Shown here: piece after piece, positions 21,604 to 31,720 of the stretch
How the letters are laid out: each line of letters starts with the position of its first letter
Position numbering within the stretch: the first letter of the stretch is position 1
Virus record (IMG/VR): IMGVR_UViG_3300028886_000035
Location: 160,001 to 224,000 of that record
Origin: a virus
Lineage: Duplodnaviria > Caudoviricetes
DNA length: 64,000 bases
Direction: 5' to 3' (one strand)
Program-made: the position numbers and the translations under genes
Notes under the pieces: model-generated
What the model was told of the DNA's origin: nothing
Database searches by the model: none
What the model saw: only the letters and a program-made list of their open reading frames with translations

Positions 21604-22296
21604 TCAAAGTTTCTCTAAAAATCCTGCTTTTTTTGCTTTATTCTTCCCTACTCCATGAACCGGGAAAGTGATAACTGTTTTTCTGTCTTTTTTCCAACAC
21701 TTACCACAATTCACACATTGTACGTTTTCGTAAATCGTAGCGGGGCATTGTTCATATGTAATACCATCAATTACACGTTTTTTCTTACTCATACTCTCAA
21801 CTGCCATAACGCAATTTACACCTGCTTCATGACAGATTTTTGCTTTATCCTGTTTTTCAACAGAAAAGTTGATAATGAAACCTGCTTTACGCGCTTCTCT
21901 TGCTATTGCAAGATTTCTTTCATTTGTCGTACAATGAGTATACGTATATACTACATGACCTTTATACGCTTGCATAAGCGTCTGTACAAGTTTTTCGTCA
22001 ATATCGCTTGTTCCTTCTTTAGCAATATCACCTGCTACGTTATGACGAATAACAGGCGTGCAAGGATTTGTTTCAAGAACCTTTTTCAAATCGTTAGGAG
22101 TAACTACGTTCACACCCTCGCCCCTATCGACTTTATGCCAATGAATAGCGCAAGGACCACTCTTTGCATAGCAACCGTTATTACGGAAAGGACAACGAGT
22201 CGGGCAAGTGTTGCTAGACGTATATGTTTGACTGATTGCGCCCGTCTTGATGTTTTTGCTATTGCTAACAAATTTGATATACGTTTTAGTAGCCAT
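21604..22296 (-). CDS. Cys-rich conserved phage protein (TCP..CP....CYA, RHNVAGD, CPA...C..C..C), probable Fe-S/Zn enzyme
   Basis: 230 aa, GGAGG RBS, promoter, terminator. Confidence 0.8.
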   Translation of the reverse strand: MATKTYIKFVSNSKNIKTGAISQTYTSSNTCPTRCPFRNNGCYAKSGPCAIHWHKVDRGEGVNVVTPNDLKKVLETNPCTPVIRHNVAGDIAKEGTSDIDEKLVQTLMQAYKGHVVYTYTHCTTNERNLAIAREARKAGFIINFSVEKQDKAKICHEAGVNCVMAVESMSKKKRVIDGITYEQCPATIYENVQCVNCGKCWKKDRKTVITFPVHGVGKNKAKKAGFLEKL

Positions 22297-22542
22297 GATG
22301 AATTACCTCCATTGTTTGAGAACCATTCGATTAGGTTTCTCTCTTTCCCTAACCTTTGTCTATATTATAACGTTTATCGGATGCTTTGTCAATAGTTTTT
22401 GTATAAAAATATAAAAATTTTTTGTTCGTCTGTTCGTCTGAAAGTATAAAACATTTTACAATTTTGGATTAAAACATTTTATTTGTAAAATGTTTTATAT
22501 CGTGAAAATAAAAAAAAGAGTAGTATTACTACTCTTATGCTA

Positions 22543-22779
22543 TTAATCTTCTTTTTCACAAATTTGTAAATAATCGGGAGAAATATTTTCTGTATATTCA
22601 AAGGAATAGGGTTTTTCACCTTCTTCCAAAATAATGTTTTTATCGTTATGAAGATGGGATTGATTCAATTTAGATATATCAATTTTGAAAACTACGATTT
22701 TATCGTTTTCAATTGGTACAGAAATTGTCAGACATTTTATTTTATGGGACAAAAAAAGAGAGGGTTTTTCCCTCTCCAT
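22543..22779 (-). CDS. hypothetical protein or gene remnant
   Basis: short ORF between the 22784 stop and a terminator; start uncertain. Confidence 0.45.
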   Translation of the reverse strand: MEREKPSLFLSHKIKCLTISVPIENDKIVVFKIDISKLNQSHLHNDKNIILEEGEKPYSFEYTENISPDYLQICEKED

Positions 22780-22783
22780 TGAA

Positions 22784-23203
22784 TCAATACTTTTCAGCTT
22801 CCTCTTTTGTTTTGAAGTAACGAATGCCATCCAAGAATTCTTCCACATCTTTCAAATCTCCGTAATTGATAGCATCCATAGCGGTATCATAGTTTTCTAA
22901 ATCCTGTCCGCGAAGTTTGAAATCAAAATCTGTAGGGTCTTTGACGTAATCATCAGAAATTTGAAAGATGAAACTTGTATCGCCCGAAATGATATACTCG
23001 CGACCATCGAAAGCATATTCATTTCCCTTCTGTACATCACTAGCATAACTTGCAGAAATATTGTAAAGCTGACCACAATCTGCATTTTCTACGCTATCAT
23101 CATAGAAGGAATTTTCATCCCCATCATAAGCAAGATTGATAGCTTCTTTATCCTGATTGCAGTAATAGGAACCGACGGCATGAATGAAAACTTTTGCGTA
23201 CAT
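22784..23203 (-). CDS. acidic hypothetical protein
   Basis: 139 aa, GGAGG RBS, promoter at ~23249-23277. Confidence 0.8.
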   Translation of the reverse strand: MYAKVFIHAVGSYYCNQDKEAINLAYDGDENSFYDDSVENADCGQLYNISASYASDVQKGNEYAFDGREYIISGDTSFIFQISDDYVKDPTDFDFKLRGQDLENYDTAMDAINYGDLKDVEEFLDGIRYFKTKEEAEKY

Positions 23204-23254
23204 GATGAATACCTCCGTTTTTTAACTGTTTTCCTTATCTCTGTATTTAGTGTA

Positions 23255-23485
23255 TCACTCTTTTGCTTGTTTGTCAACAGGTTTTTTATGAACTTCCTGT
23301 TGAGCTTGCTGAATCACTTGTGCAATTTCAACGTCATCCACTCCAAAAATAGTCATGAAAGTAATTGCCGTATTGAAAGAGTGTTCAAGTTCTCTGCAAG
23401 CAGAAAAAGCGGCATCGAAAGTTTCCTTGAAATCTTTATCAAGGAAAGAAATGTCTTTGTTTTGAACGCGATTGTAGTAATCCAT
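23255..23485 (-). CDS. hypothetical protein or remnant
   Basis: 76-aa ORF with no clear RBS; 3' end overlaps the next promoter. Confidence 0.4.
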   Translation of the reverse strand: MDYYNRVQNKDISFLDKDFKETFDAAFSACRELEHSFNTAITFMTIFGVDDVEIAQVIQQAQQEVHKKPVDKQAKE

Positions 23486-23587
23486 GAAAAATGTTTTTGA
23501 AAAATGTCTGAAGATTTCTTGATGGAATTGTCAAACATTTTATTGATAGAATGGCAAAAAGACGGCAGAAATGCCGTCTTTTGATAG

Positions 23588-23857
23588 TTAATTACGAAAA
23601 GCCTGTAAGTAGGCTTTATAGAGGTTATTCATGAGAATAGCATAGCTAATATTGACATTGGAGACGTAATTGCTGTTGTTGTGGACATCTACCAAAAGGT
23701 GGAAAATTTCATCTCCAATGGTATTTCCAAACTCATTTCTATCCATCCCTTTGGAAAGGGAGAATGAAAACGACTTGTGAAAGTCGCTTGTTGCTTTCAA
23801 GATATAGCAATTTGTGTCTTTGTCGAAATGATTATCCCAAGTCCAAGTGTTCATCAT
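23588..23857 (-). CDS. hypothetical protein
   Basis: 89 aa, followed by a terminator. Confidence 0.7.
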   Translation of the reverse strand: MMNTWTWDNHFDKDTNCYILKATSDFHKSFSFSLSKGMDRNEFGNTIGDEIFHLLVDVHNNSNYVSNVNISYAILMNNLYKAYLQAFRN

Positions 23858-23872
23858 TTTGATTCCATCCTA

Positions 23873-24085
23873 TTACATTCCGAAGAATTTCAATGCTTTA
23901 TCAATCGTGTATTCCCAATCATTGAGAAGGACGGCAGAAATTGCAATCCCTTTTGCAATATCTTTTGCCGCTTCTTTACGTTCGGCACGCTTTTTTGCGG
24001 CAAGTTCTTTGCGCTTGACGAAAAGATTCCATTTTGTATTGTTATCAAGGTTATAGCGAAGTGCTTCAATGTCATCGTAAGTCAT
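23873..24085 (-). CDS. hypothetical protein (paralog of 29899-30111)
   Basis: shared W.LFV.R...KD...G......DW.YTID pattern; GGAGG RBS. Confidence 0.8.
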   Translation of the reverse strand: MTYDDIEALRYNLDNNTKWNLFVKRKELAAKKRAERKEAAKDIAKGIAISAVLLNDWEYTIDKALKFFGM

Positions 24086-24281
24086 TTTGATTACCTCCAA
24101 ATTTTGTCGTTTCCTTATCTCTTGTCTATATATTATCATGATACGGATATATTGTCAAGCACTTTTTTATAAAGGGAAGAAATTTTTTTGTGCATGAAAT
24201 TGTCAGACATTTTACTAGGAAAATATATATAAAAAGGATAGGGAACAAAACCCTATCCTTTTTTTGACAATTTATAGATTA

Positions 24282-24539
24282 TTAATTTACGTATGTAATA
24301 TAGCGTGTATATGCGTCTTTTTTGACTTTACCAATAAGTTTGAAGATAGAAGCATCTTCAATTCTTTCAAATGTACAATCATCAATCTTATTTAATTTCA
24401 TCTTTTCTGCAAAAACTTTTTTAATCAGTTCCTTTTTTTGTTCTGAACATTTTACCCATTTAGCATTGTTTTCATCTTCAACAATGTTAAACACCCCATT
24501 GATTTTAGGAAAGTGCATTTTGTTCTTCATGTTAATCAT
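24282..24539 (-). CDS. hypothetical protein
   Basis: 85 aa, AGGAGG RBS, terminator. Confidence 0.75.
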   Translation of the reverse strand: MINMKNKMHFPKINGVFNIVEDENNAKWVKCSEQKKELIKKVFAEKMKLNKIDDCTFERIEDASIFKLIGKVKKDAYTRYITYVN

Positions 24540-24772
24540 TATGATTACCTCCTATAAAACCCAATTGCTCTCTTGTGAAGTTTCTTTTGTTTTACTTCTC
24601 TTGTATTGTACACCTAATCGATAAAAATTTCAATTTATATACAATTATGTATTTATGATAAATCGGTTAAACACCTTATAAAACATTTTACAATTATTCG
24701 CTTGTATAAAATTGTGTAAAATGTTTTATATTAAAACAAAAAAAACAGGGAGGAAAATCCTCCCTGTTTACG

Positions 24773-24925
24773 TCAACTGTTTTCCTTAATCATTTCCTCC
24801 ACATCTTTCATAAGGCTTTCGTACTCGCTCTTTGAGCGAGCGTTCATAGCTCCCACATAAATAGTGTAAATATCCTCCGCGACCTGTGCGTTTTTAATGT
24901 TTTTAAGCGCTTCCATAATATCCAT
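24773..24925 (-). CDS. 50-aa protein MDIMEALKNIKNAQVAEDIY...
   Basis: GGAGG RBS, terminator at 24740-24770; below the ORF-track cutoff. Confidence 0.7.
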   Translation of the reverse strand: MDIMEALKNIKNAQVAEDIYTIYVGAMNARSKSEYESLMKDVEEMIKENS

Positions 24926-24986
24926 GATTTATACCTCCATTTTATAGATGAACAACATTTTATAGTTATCATCATATATTGTTCCA

Positions 24987-25700
24987 TCAAATTTCAAACT
25001 TAATTTTGCTATTTACGCAAAGTTTTCTCTCTGGAAAATCATGTATAACGGTATACTTCTTATCAGTAAACCGAAATATATGATTCCTAAACAAAGATAC
25101 CATATCAATTCTACCAAGAATTTTATAATTCTTAGTATCATTAAGTACCCATCTTTCCCCAAACTTTCTAAAATCAGATGCGTTTGGGGGGAGATAGCTC
25201 TTTTCCATTACCTTCAATAACTGTACATTCTTTATTAAATAAAATCTGAAATATATTTCTTCATCATCTTCTCTGATAAATTCAATGCTCCAACAATACG
25301 GATTAAACAATCTAATGATAAATTTGATTTCAGAAATAGATATGCTTTTGTACCTAAAGATTATATGATTAACAGAGCTAGCATCATACATCAACCTTAC
25401 AGTACTTTCTGGAAACTTTGTTTCAAAGACATTAAATGCATCTTTCATCTTCTTCTCTATAGTTATATTCTTTTCATAATGATATGTATCATATAGCCAA
25501 CTATAAAGAGCGGTATATGTTTTATTATATACTTTACAATTACCAATAATTGGATGTATAGCTAACATGCATTTTATTGGATTATCCGATACGCATGTAC
25601 GTGGTATATCTCCTTCTTCATTAATCAGACAAGGTGGTACATGAGTTTTTAATACCTCGCCTTCATTGAATTCTATTTTTGCTATATGATACATATCCAT
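24987..25700 (-). CDS. hypothetical protein (E..IPRTCVS motif)
   Basis: 237 aa, AAGGTGG RBS. Confidence 0.75.
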   Translation of the reverse strand: MDMYHIAKIEFNEGEVLKTHVPPCLINEEGDIPRTCVSDNPIKCMLAIHPIIGNCKVYNKTYTALYSWLYDTYHYEKNITIEKKMKDAFNVFETKFPESTVRLMYDASSVNHIIFRYKSISISEIKFIIRLFNPYCWSIEFIREDDEEIYFRFYLIKNVQLLKVMEKSYLPPNASDFRKFGERWVLNDTKNYKILGRIDMVSLFRNHIFRFTDKKYTVIHDFPERKLCVNSKIKFEI

Positions 25701-25704
25701 ATTA

Positions 25705-25835
25705 TTACCACCTTAATAAAGAAGCGTTCCTTAAAACCTGTACGCCGACAGTAAGACGTGAGCTAACTTGTCTTACTTGGCACACTATGCGTCCGCCTAA
25801 GAACGTATCTCTTAACGTTTCCGTTCTTCTCACTA
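25705..25835 (-). ncRNA. candidate structured leader or small RNA
   Basis: GC-rich island between promoter and RBS with stems AGAACG/CGTTCT and AGTAAGAC/GTCTTACT. Confidence 0.35.
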
Positions 25836-25882
25836 TATATAGCATACATCAACCGAACGTATGTGTCAAGTATCTTTTATAA

Positions 25883-26113
25883 TTAATCTTGTGTTTCTAC
25901 TACATCAAAATGCAACCATTTATCCCAAGCCATATCCATATAATCATTCTGTTTAATACATTCATCTACGGATTTTTCTTCAAAATCTGCTCCATAATCT
26001 TTCATGTATTTTTTGATAAAACTTTCAAATACTTTTCGCGCAGTATATTCGTCACGATAATAAATATTTGTTGCATCACCATTATCACATTTTGTAATTA
26101 CATATAAAGTCAT
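25883..26113 (-). CDS. hypothetical protein
   Basis: 76 aa, AGGAGG RBS. Confidence 0.75.
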   Translation of the reverse strand: MTLYVITKCDNGDATNIYYRDEYTARKVFESFIKKYMKDYGADFEEKSVDECIKQNDYMDMAWDKWLHFDVVETQD

Positions 26114-26283
26114 AATTATATCCTCCTAGTTTATCAATAGAACATTTTACAATTTTTCTTTTTATTCCTACATACCATATAGTATATTTTTTTTTGTAAA
26201 ATGTCTTACACAAAAAGAAAATTTAGTAGTAAAAATAGATATTACTAAAACAACAATAGGAAATATAAAAAATCCTAACATAA

Positions 26284-27240
26284 TTATTCTTTCATATCTA
26301 CTATATACGATTTATTCACCTGTCCATTTTTGACATTACCTACAATAATATCATCAAACCAAAAAACGCCTTTCAATTTTCCAAACAAACCCTTGCCTTT
26401 TGTATAGTCTGCAAAATGACCTCTACGAATATGATAAGCTCTTTTATCCCCTGTATGATTTATTTCACCAATATAATTTTTTCTCGCTTGCATTGGTTTA
26501 ATATGAACAATATTATGTGTTACTTTTGAGCCTTTTTTCTTATTGAATTTATGACCTTTTTTTGTAATATCCACTGATACATTTTTGCAATTTAAAATAG
26601 AAACAATGAAATAAGTTAAATGATTTAAAAAATCATATAATGCTCCAATAGTTTCACAATCTTTACGTAAATTTTCTTTTCTACAAACTTTTGCAATATC
26701 AGGGTCAGTAAAGTTATAATACCCTTCCATGCGTTTACCATTGTTATTTACAAAGAATTGAATACCACCAAAACTATTCCATTTATGTTTATCTGTATAA
26801 AAATTGAAATTCGTTTTGACTAAATATTTTGCTTTATAAATATCACCATGAACAAATATTCTTTGTGTCTTACACATACTTACCAATTGATTTAACATGT
26901 CATCTGCAAGAAACGGCATTGTATCAACGGTATTATCAAATTTACAAATATCATTAATTTTGATTTCAGAAAATGAAATAAATTTATCTACACTTTTTTG
27001 CGTATCTGCAATTACATTATCATTAACAGGATAATAATCCATGTCAATCTGTATCATATTAATATGTACTTCTTTCATCCATATTCCAAAATTTGTTCCG
27101 TTCAAACTATCTCTATCAAAAACCATGCTATAGTTTTTGAAAATAGGGAACATAGATACATTTGTATTCCGCCCATATTGTTCTGTATTGTCAAGGTAAA
27201 TTTTAACCACATCATTTACATTAATAATTTGTCTTTCCAT
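26284..27240 (-). CDS. conserved phage protein (C-terminal H.RRGH...W motif)
   Basis: 318 aa, GGAGG RBS, promoter. Confidence 0.8.
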   Translation of the reverse strand: MERQIINVNDVVKIYLDNTEQYGRNTNVSMFPIFKNYSMVFDRDSLNGTNFGIWMKEVHINMIQIDMDYYPVNDNVIADTQKSVDKFISFSEIKINDICKFDNTVDTMPFLADDMLNQLVSMCKTQRIFVHGDIYKAKYLVKTNFNFYTDKHKWNSFGGIQFFVNNNGKRMEGYYNFTDPDIAKVCRKENLRKDCETIGALYDFLNHLTYFIVSILNCKNVSVDITKKGHKFNKKKGSKVTHNIVHIKPMQARKNYIGEINHTGDKRAYHIRRGHFADYTKGKGLFGKLKGVFWFDDIIVGNVKNGQVNKSYIVDMKE

Positions 27241-27415
27241 TTTAATTTACCTCCATCTTATCACCTTATTTGCATTATACCATATACAAAAAATCTTGTC
27301 AATGAAATTTTGTATTTGTAAAATGTTTTATATTATATACAAAAAAATCAACGATAAAACATTTTACAAAAAATTTTGTTTAAAAATTAAAAAGAGGGAA
27401 AAACCCTCTTTTTAA

Positions 27416-27907
27416 TTACTTGATAATATATGAATATTTAGTATCACGTTTCCAAAGATGGAATGTGAGAATGTATTCTGTCTCATATTCTTCCTCGTAT
27501 TCCTCGCCTTCTTCATCTTCTTCCGTTTCTGTATACGTTTCAGTTTCCGTATACAGTTCTTCTTGTTCCAAACCCTCGCCCCAACCATCAGAATACTGTC
27601 CAATTGTGTATTCCATAATTTGTTTTGCTTTATTTTCGTCTACGTCACTATTGAAAATATAAGTCATTTTCGTAACGCCATTATTATCCATTTCAAAATC
27701 AACAGATTTTGCGCCTGTCTGCTCTTTGAAAATGTTGAATAGTTCCTGTTTATCATTTGCAACAATGTCCTGCAATTTTTCCCACGCTTCAGGATAAAAT
27801 TCCATCACGTCTTTTACAGGAATTTCAGTTTCTGCACTATTGTAACCATTGTCATAATCAGTCATAAAAAAACGACCTTTTCCATAAACAATAATCGAAT
27901 TACCCAT
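27416..27907 (-). CDS. acidic protein (GQYSDGWGEG.EQ motif, poly-E tract)
   Basis: AGGAGG RBS, promoter, terminator. Confidence 0.85.
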   Translation of the reverse strand: MGNSIIVYGKGRFFMTDYDNGYNSAETEIPVKDVMEFYPEAWEKLQDIVANDKQELFNIFKEQTGAKSVDFEMDNNGVTKMTYIFNSDVDENKAKQIMEYTIGQYSDGWGEGLEQEELYTETETYTETEEDEEGEEYEEEYETEYILTFHLWKRDTKYSYIIK

Positions 27908-28067
27908 TTTCAATTACCTCCTGTAATAAACCTGTTGTTCCTCTCTATGGTTATATATTACCATAGATTATTTATTTTGTCAAGAACTTTTTATAAAAAG
28001 TATAAAAATAAAACATTTTACAAATATTATTATACTAATCACAATTTGTAAAATGTTTTATGAACAA

Positions 28068-28367
28068 TTATGAATTTTTCTTTGCACTTATCATACCCTG
28101 TATATACAAATTAGTAAACGTTTTATTTGTGTTGTAAATATTCAAGTAATGGTTATATATGCCATACATCTGATAATGCGCTAGAGCAAGCAACAGACCG
28201 TAATAAACGCCGTCATACCACCTAGCCTTATCCTTTAGGCTAGTCATTTTTTCTATATCATTGTTACGCTCATACACTTCATATTGACCACGAATATAAC
28301 TTAATTGTTCCCATGCCTTATCTAGCTGATTAGTTATATTCTTCAATTCATCTTTCGTTGTTTCCAT
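28068..28367 (-). CDS. hypothetical protein
   Basis: start re-assigned after the AGGTGA RBS. Confidence 0.7.
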   Translation of the reverse strand: METTKDELKNITNQLDKAWEQLSYIRGQYEVYERNNDIEKMTSLKDKARWYDGVYYGLLLALAHYQMYGIYNHYLNIYNTNKTFTNLYIQGMISAKKNS

Positions 28368-28447
28368 TTTAATATCACCTACCATATTTTTTGTATCAAT
28401 ATTATAAATAATGCTAGTGATTATTTTTATAATCACTAGCATTATTG

Positions 28448-28714
28448 TTAAATGACTTCTGCCAAACAATATTCAATCATATTGTTTTCCTGCGGATAAA
28501 CACCTTCAACATCGTCTGTCCACGAAGAATTATCTTCATCAAAAATCCAATGACCTAACAGATTTTTTGGAATTTCTGTAATTAGTAATGGATAATCAAG
28601 GAATACACTATCGACGATATATTTACCATCTTTCTCAATGGCGAACTTGCAATCAACCCTTCTTTCCGTGCCACCATTAACGCGACGATACATAGCAATA
28701 TAAGTACCTTTCAT
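28448..28714 (-). CDS. hypothetical protein
   Basis: 88 aa, AGGAGG RBS, promoter. Confidence 0.8.
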   Translation of the reverse strand: MKGTYIAMYRRVNGGTERRVDCKFAIEKDGKYIVDSVFLDYPLLITEIPKNLLGHWIFDEDNSSWTDDVEGVYPQENNMIEYCLAEVI

Positions 28715-29228
28715 TTCAAATACCTCCTATTGATTACCTTTAACTTTTCTCTATGGTTATATATTACCATACATTATGTATTTTGTCAACATCTTTTTTA
28801 TAAATCTCAATAAAAATTTTTGCACTAATAACAAGACCAACAATAAATCCAATCATAATTTCCATTTTATACACACCTTCCTTTCATCACCTATATCATA
28901 CCATATAATTACATGTTTGCCAAGATATTTTTTATCAAATAAAACATTTTACAATTTGCCCTACCCATTTTTATTTGTAAAATGTTTTATTTGATAAAGG
29001 CATTATAAAAACCGTGCGGATAGGGAATATCCTGCACGGTTCTCTTTTTATAATTTTATAATAAATCTAAACTTAATATATAATTTCTATTTACTACATC
29101 TTACTCATTCCTTTCAAAATTGTTATTCACGCTAACACACTAGAAGTTTATCGGCATTTTATATCAAACAAATTTATTATAATTTATATTAACCTGTCCG
29201 TGATGAACGACGAATAGATAGCATATCC

Positions 29229-29711
29229 TTATGAAAGTTTATTATACTTTTCCCAAATTTGTTTAGCCAATTTTACAGAATATCGACTATACTGAGTCTT
29301 TAGTTCATCTACCATCTCACCGTTTTCAAAAACCATTTTGCCACAATTATAACCCATATTTTCATCAGCATAATCTACTTCAATAGTAAGATTCGGAAAC
29401 TTTTTAGTAAGAGCTTCGTATATTTCCTTTGGAGCACTCCAAGCTGTCAAAAAATAGAGTTCGTTCTCATTCCCTGTTTTTACATGTTCATAAGCATTCC
29501 ACTTAGTTCCCCAGTTTTGAATACGCCAATCATACCAATCAGTATTATTTTTATATTCTGGTTCTGGAATAACCTTATTAAAATCAATAGTTCCATAACC
29601 TGTTGCCTCATTCTTGTATTGTGCTTTTTCTTTGGCAACACTTTCCATAAAGTTCTTTACTTCTTCTGAATCACCTTTGACTTTCACAATGTTACAAATA
29701 TGATTTGGCAT
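29229..29711 (-). CDS. DUF1281/YubB-like ferredoxin-fold protein
   Basis: MPNH...WYDWR..NWGTKWN...F.TAWS.P signature. Confidence 0.8.
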   Translation of the reverse strand: MPNHICNIVKVKGDSEEVKNFMESVAKEKAQYKNEATGYGTIDFNKVIPEPEYKNNTDWYDWRIQNWGTKWNAYEHVKTGNENELYFLTAWSAPKEIYEALTKKFPNLTIEVDYADENMGYNCGKMVFENGEMVDELKTQYSRYSVKLAKQIWEKYNKLS

Positions 29712-29898
29712 AATATATCAATCCCTTTCTTGTTTCTTTAACTTTATCTTATGTGCTTATTGTACATCATAAAATAGATAAATGTTAAAAAACGTGTGCG
29801 TTATTCTTAAAACATTGGTATCACTTACTTCCTTTCCTTTACTGTATTTACAGTATATCATATTCGTGTTGATTTGTCAACACTTTTTTTGAACTTTT

Positions 29899-30111
29899 TT
29901 ACCAACCCATAGCCTTGCAAATGTTGTCAATAGTATAATCCCAATCAATTATACATGCAAGACCGACAAACAAGCCTGCTACTGTATCCTTAACGAATTG
30001 GTCACGCTCGTGCTTTTTGCGTGTACGCTCAACAAAAAGCTCCCAACGTTTATCACGGATAGCTTGACGATAAATAGCAATCTGTTCGTCATTCATTTCT
30101 TCAACCCTCAT
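29899..30111 (-). CDS. hypothetical protein (paralog of 23873-24085)
   Basis: shared motifs; GGAGG RBS. Confidence 0.8.
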   Translation of the reverse strand: MRVEEMNDEQIAIYRQAIRDKRWELFVERTRKKHERDQFVKDTVAGLFVGLACIIDWDYTIDNICKAMGW

Positions 30112-30373
30112 TTTAATTACCTCCAATTTGTAGAACCTGTTGTTTTCCTTTCGATGGTTATATATTATCATACTACAATCTATTTGTCAATACTTTTTTT
30201 ATAAAAAATAAAAAATTTTTTCAAACCTATATGATGAATAAAACATTTTACAATTTAGATAGATACAAAAAAATCCTGTATGGATTTTACACCATACAGG
30301 ATTTATATTAAGACACCCGACCAGAACGGCAACCTGTCCAAATATTTATTGTAAAGTGCCATAGTATTTTCTC

Positions 30374-31117
30374 TCAATCCCACAAATCAAGAAAATACTT
30401 TCCGAAAAGCTCTTTTCCACGATTGTATTTCTTTTCGTACTCTTTAGCATCATATTTATCAGAAAATTCATGGCAATGAGTAATCTCGTGAAACGTGAAA
30501 ATCATATCATCAAGATATTTCTCCCACAGATTGCAAGGAACGCCATATCTTTTTGCGTTCTTAAAAGCAATGAGACCTTCATAAATATACCATGCTTGGT
30601 CATCATCAAAAGCATATACTCTATTTAGATTTTTGTCAATTCTTTCTAGTTGACAAATACGTGCTTTATCAGTTATAACATAACTATAGCTCACCCATGT
30701 ACTAGAAATAAATTCTATAAGATTAGCATATAGTCTAATCCCACTATTAATATCATACCTATAGTTCTTTTCGGCTTCTTTTGCATTATATGGAATTAAG
30801 CAATCATTATAATTCTCGTTCTTCCACCAAATGTACCAAGGGGAATTAGGAAAATTAAGAGATGCTTCTTCAAAAGAAAAGTATATCTTTTTTAGAACAT
30901 CAAGCAAGTCTTGTTTATTTTTATCTTGACTTCCCATAGCTTTATTAAAGTTCTTCAATACTTCTTGTAACTCATCTTCCTTAATATATTTTTCAATCCA
31001 TAAGATGTAAGAACGAAGGGCAACTTTAATGTAATTTGAGAGGTCAACAAAAAGGTTATAGGGACGGCGCTTATTATACCACAAACTATGACGTTTATTG
31101 ATAATTTTCTTGTTCAT
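30374..31117 (-). CDS. conserved phage protein (C-terminal G.ELFGKYF.DLWD)
   Basis: AGGAGG RBS; C-terminus similar to 53482-54003. Confidence 0.8.
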   Translation of the reverse strand: MNKKIINKRHSLWYNKRRPYNLFVDLSNYIKVALRSYILWIEKYIKEDELQEVLKNFNKAMGSQDKNKQDLLDVLKKIYFSFEEASLNFPNSPWYIWWKNENYNDCLIPYNAKEAEKNYRYDINSGIRLYANLIEFISSTWVSYSYVITDKARICQLERIDKNLNRVYAFDDDQAWYIYEGLIAFKNAKRYGVPCNLWEKYLDDMIFTFHEITHCHEFSDKYDAKEYEKKYNRGKELFGKYFLDLWD

Positions 31118-31138
31118 CTTTAGACCTCCTGTCTGCAA

Positions 31139-31303
31139 TTAGCTTATTTTTGTTACCTTATACACATCTTTAATGCATTTATTGTCAAACCAAAATTCAG
31201 TATCTACTAAAAGAGTAAGTGTCAGTAAAAAGCTATTTTCTTTAGCTCTCACTACTTTATTGATTGATTTAAGTGTTACATAATCACCTACATTAACTTT
31301 CAT
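31139..31303 (-). CDS. 54-aa internally deleted paralog of 31316-31591
   Basis: shares GDYVTLKSI and FD..CIKDVY..TK; AGGAGG RBS. Confidence 0.65.
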   Translation of the reverse strand: MKVNVGDYVTLKSINKVVRAKENSFLLTLTLLVDTEFWFDNKCIKDVYKVTKIS

Positions 31304-31315
31304 TGTAATACCTCC

Positions 31316-31591
31316 TTATTTATTTACTTTTGTTAATCTATATACGTCTTTAATACACATTTCGTCAAAGCCCCACATTTTTCCTTTTATGTCAACCCAA
31401 ACACCATCTTGATTTGCTTCTAATACTTTATACTTATTAGAAGTCCCCATTGCGTCTAACATATTAGTTGAGAAATAATCTGTATCCGTAGTTACATTTC
31501 CATCATTCGCCACATCCCAAAACTTATAGAGAGGTTTTACCTCCTCGATGGATTTCAACGTGACATAATCTCCATTCCTGATGTTCATCAT
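31316..31591 (-). CDS. hypothetical protein
   Basis: 91 aa, AGGAGG RBS, promoter. Confidence 0.8.
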   Translation of the reverse strand: MMNIRNGDYVTLKSIEEVKPLYKFWDVANDGNVTTDTDYFSTNMLDAMGTSNKYKVLEANQDGVWVDIKGKMWGFDEMCIKDVYRLTKVNK

Positions 31592-31720
31592 TATATCCTC
31601 CTGTCTATTGGTCTCTGAACCTTAACTCTGTATATAGTATAGCATAGGTAGAACAAGAAGTCAATAGTAAATCAAAAAATTTTTTATAAACCATGATACA
31701 GAAACGTTTCACAAAACATT

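Noticed and set aside
8690-23500. Long antisense ORFs (8690-9337, 10061-10609, 21655-22395, 22961-23500 and similar)
   Set aside because: Shadow frames opposite genes that have a promoter, RBS and terminator
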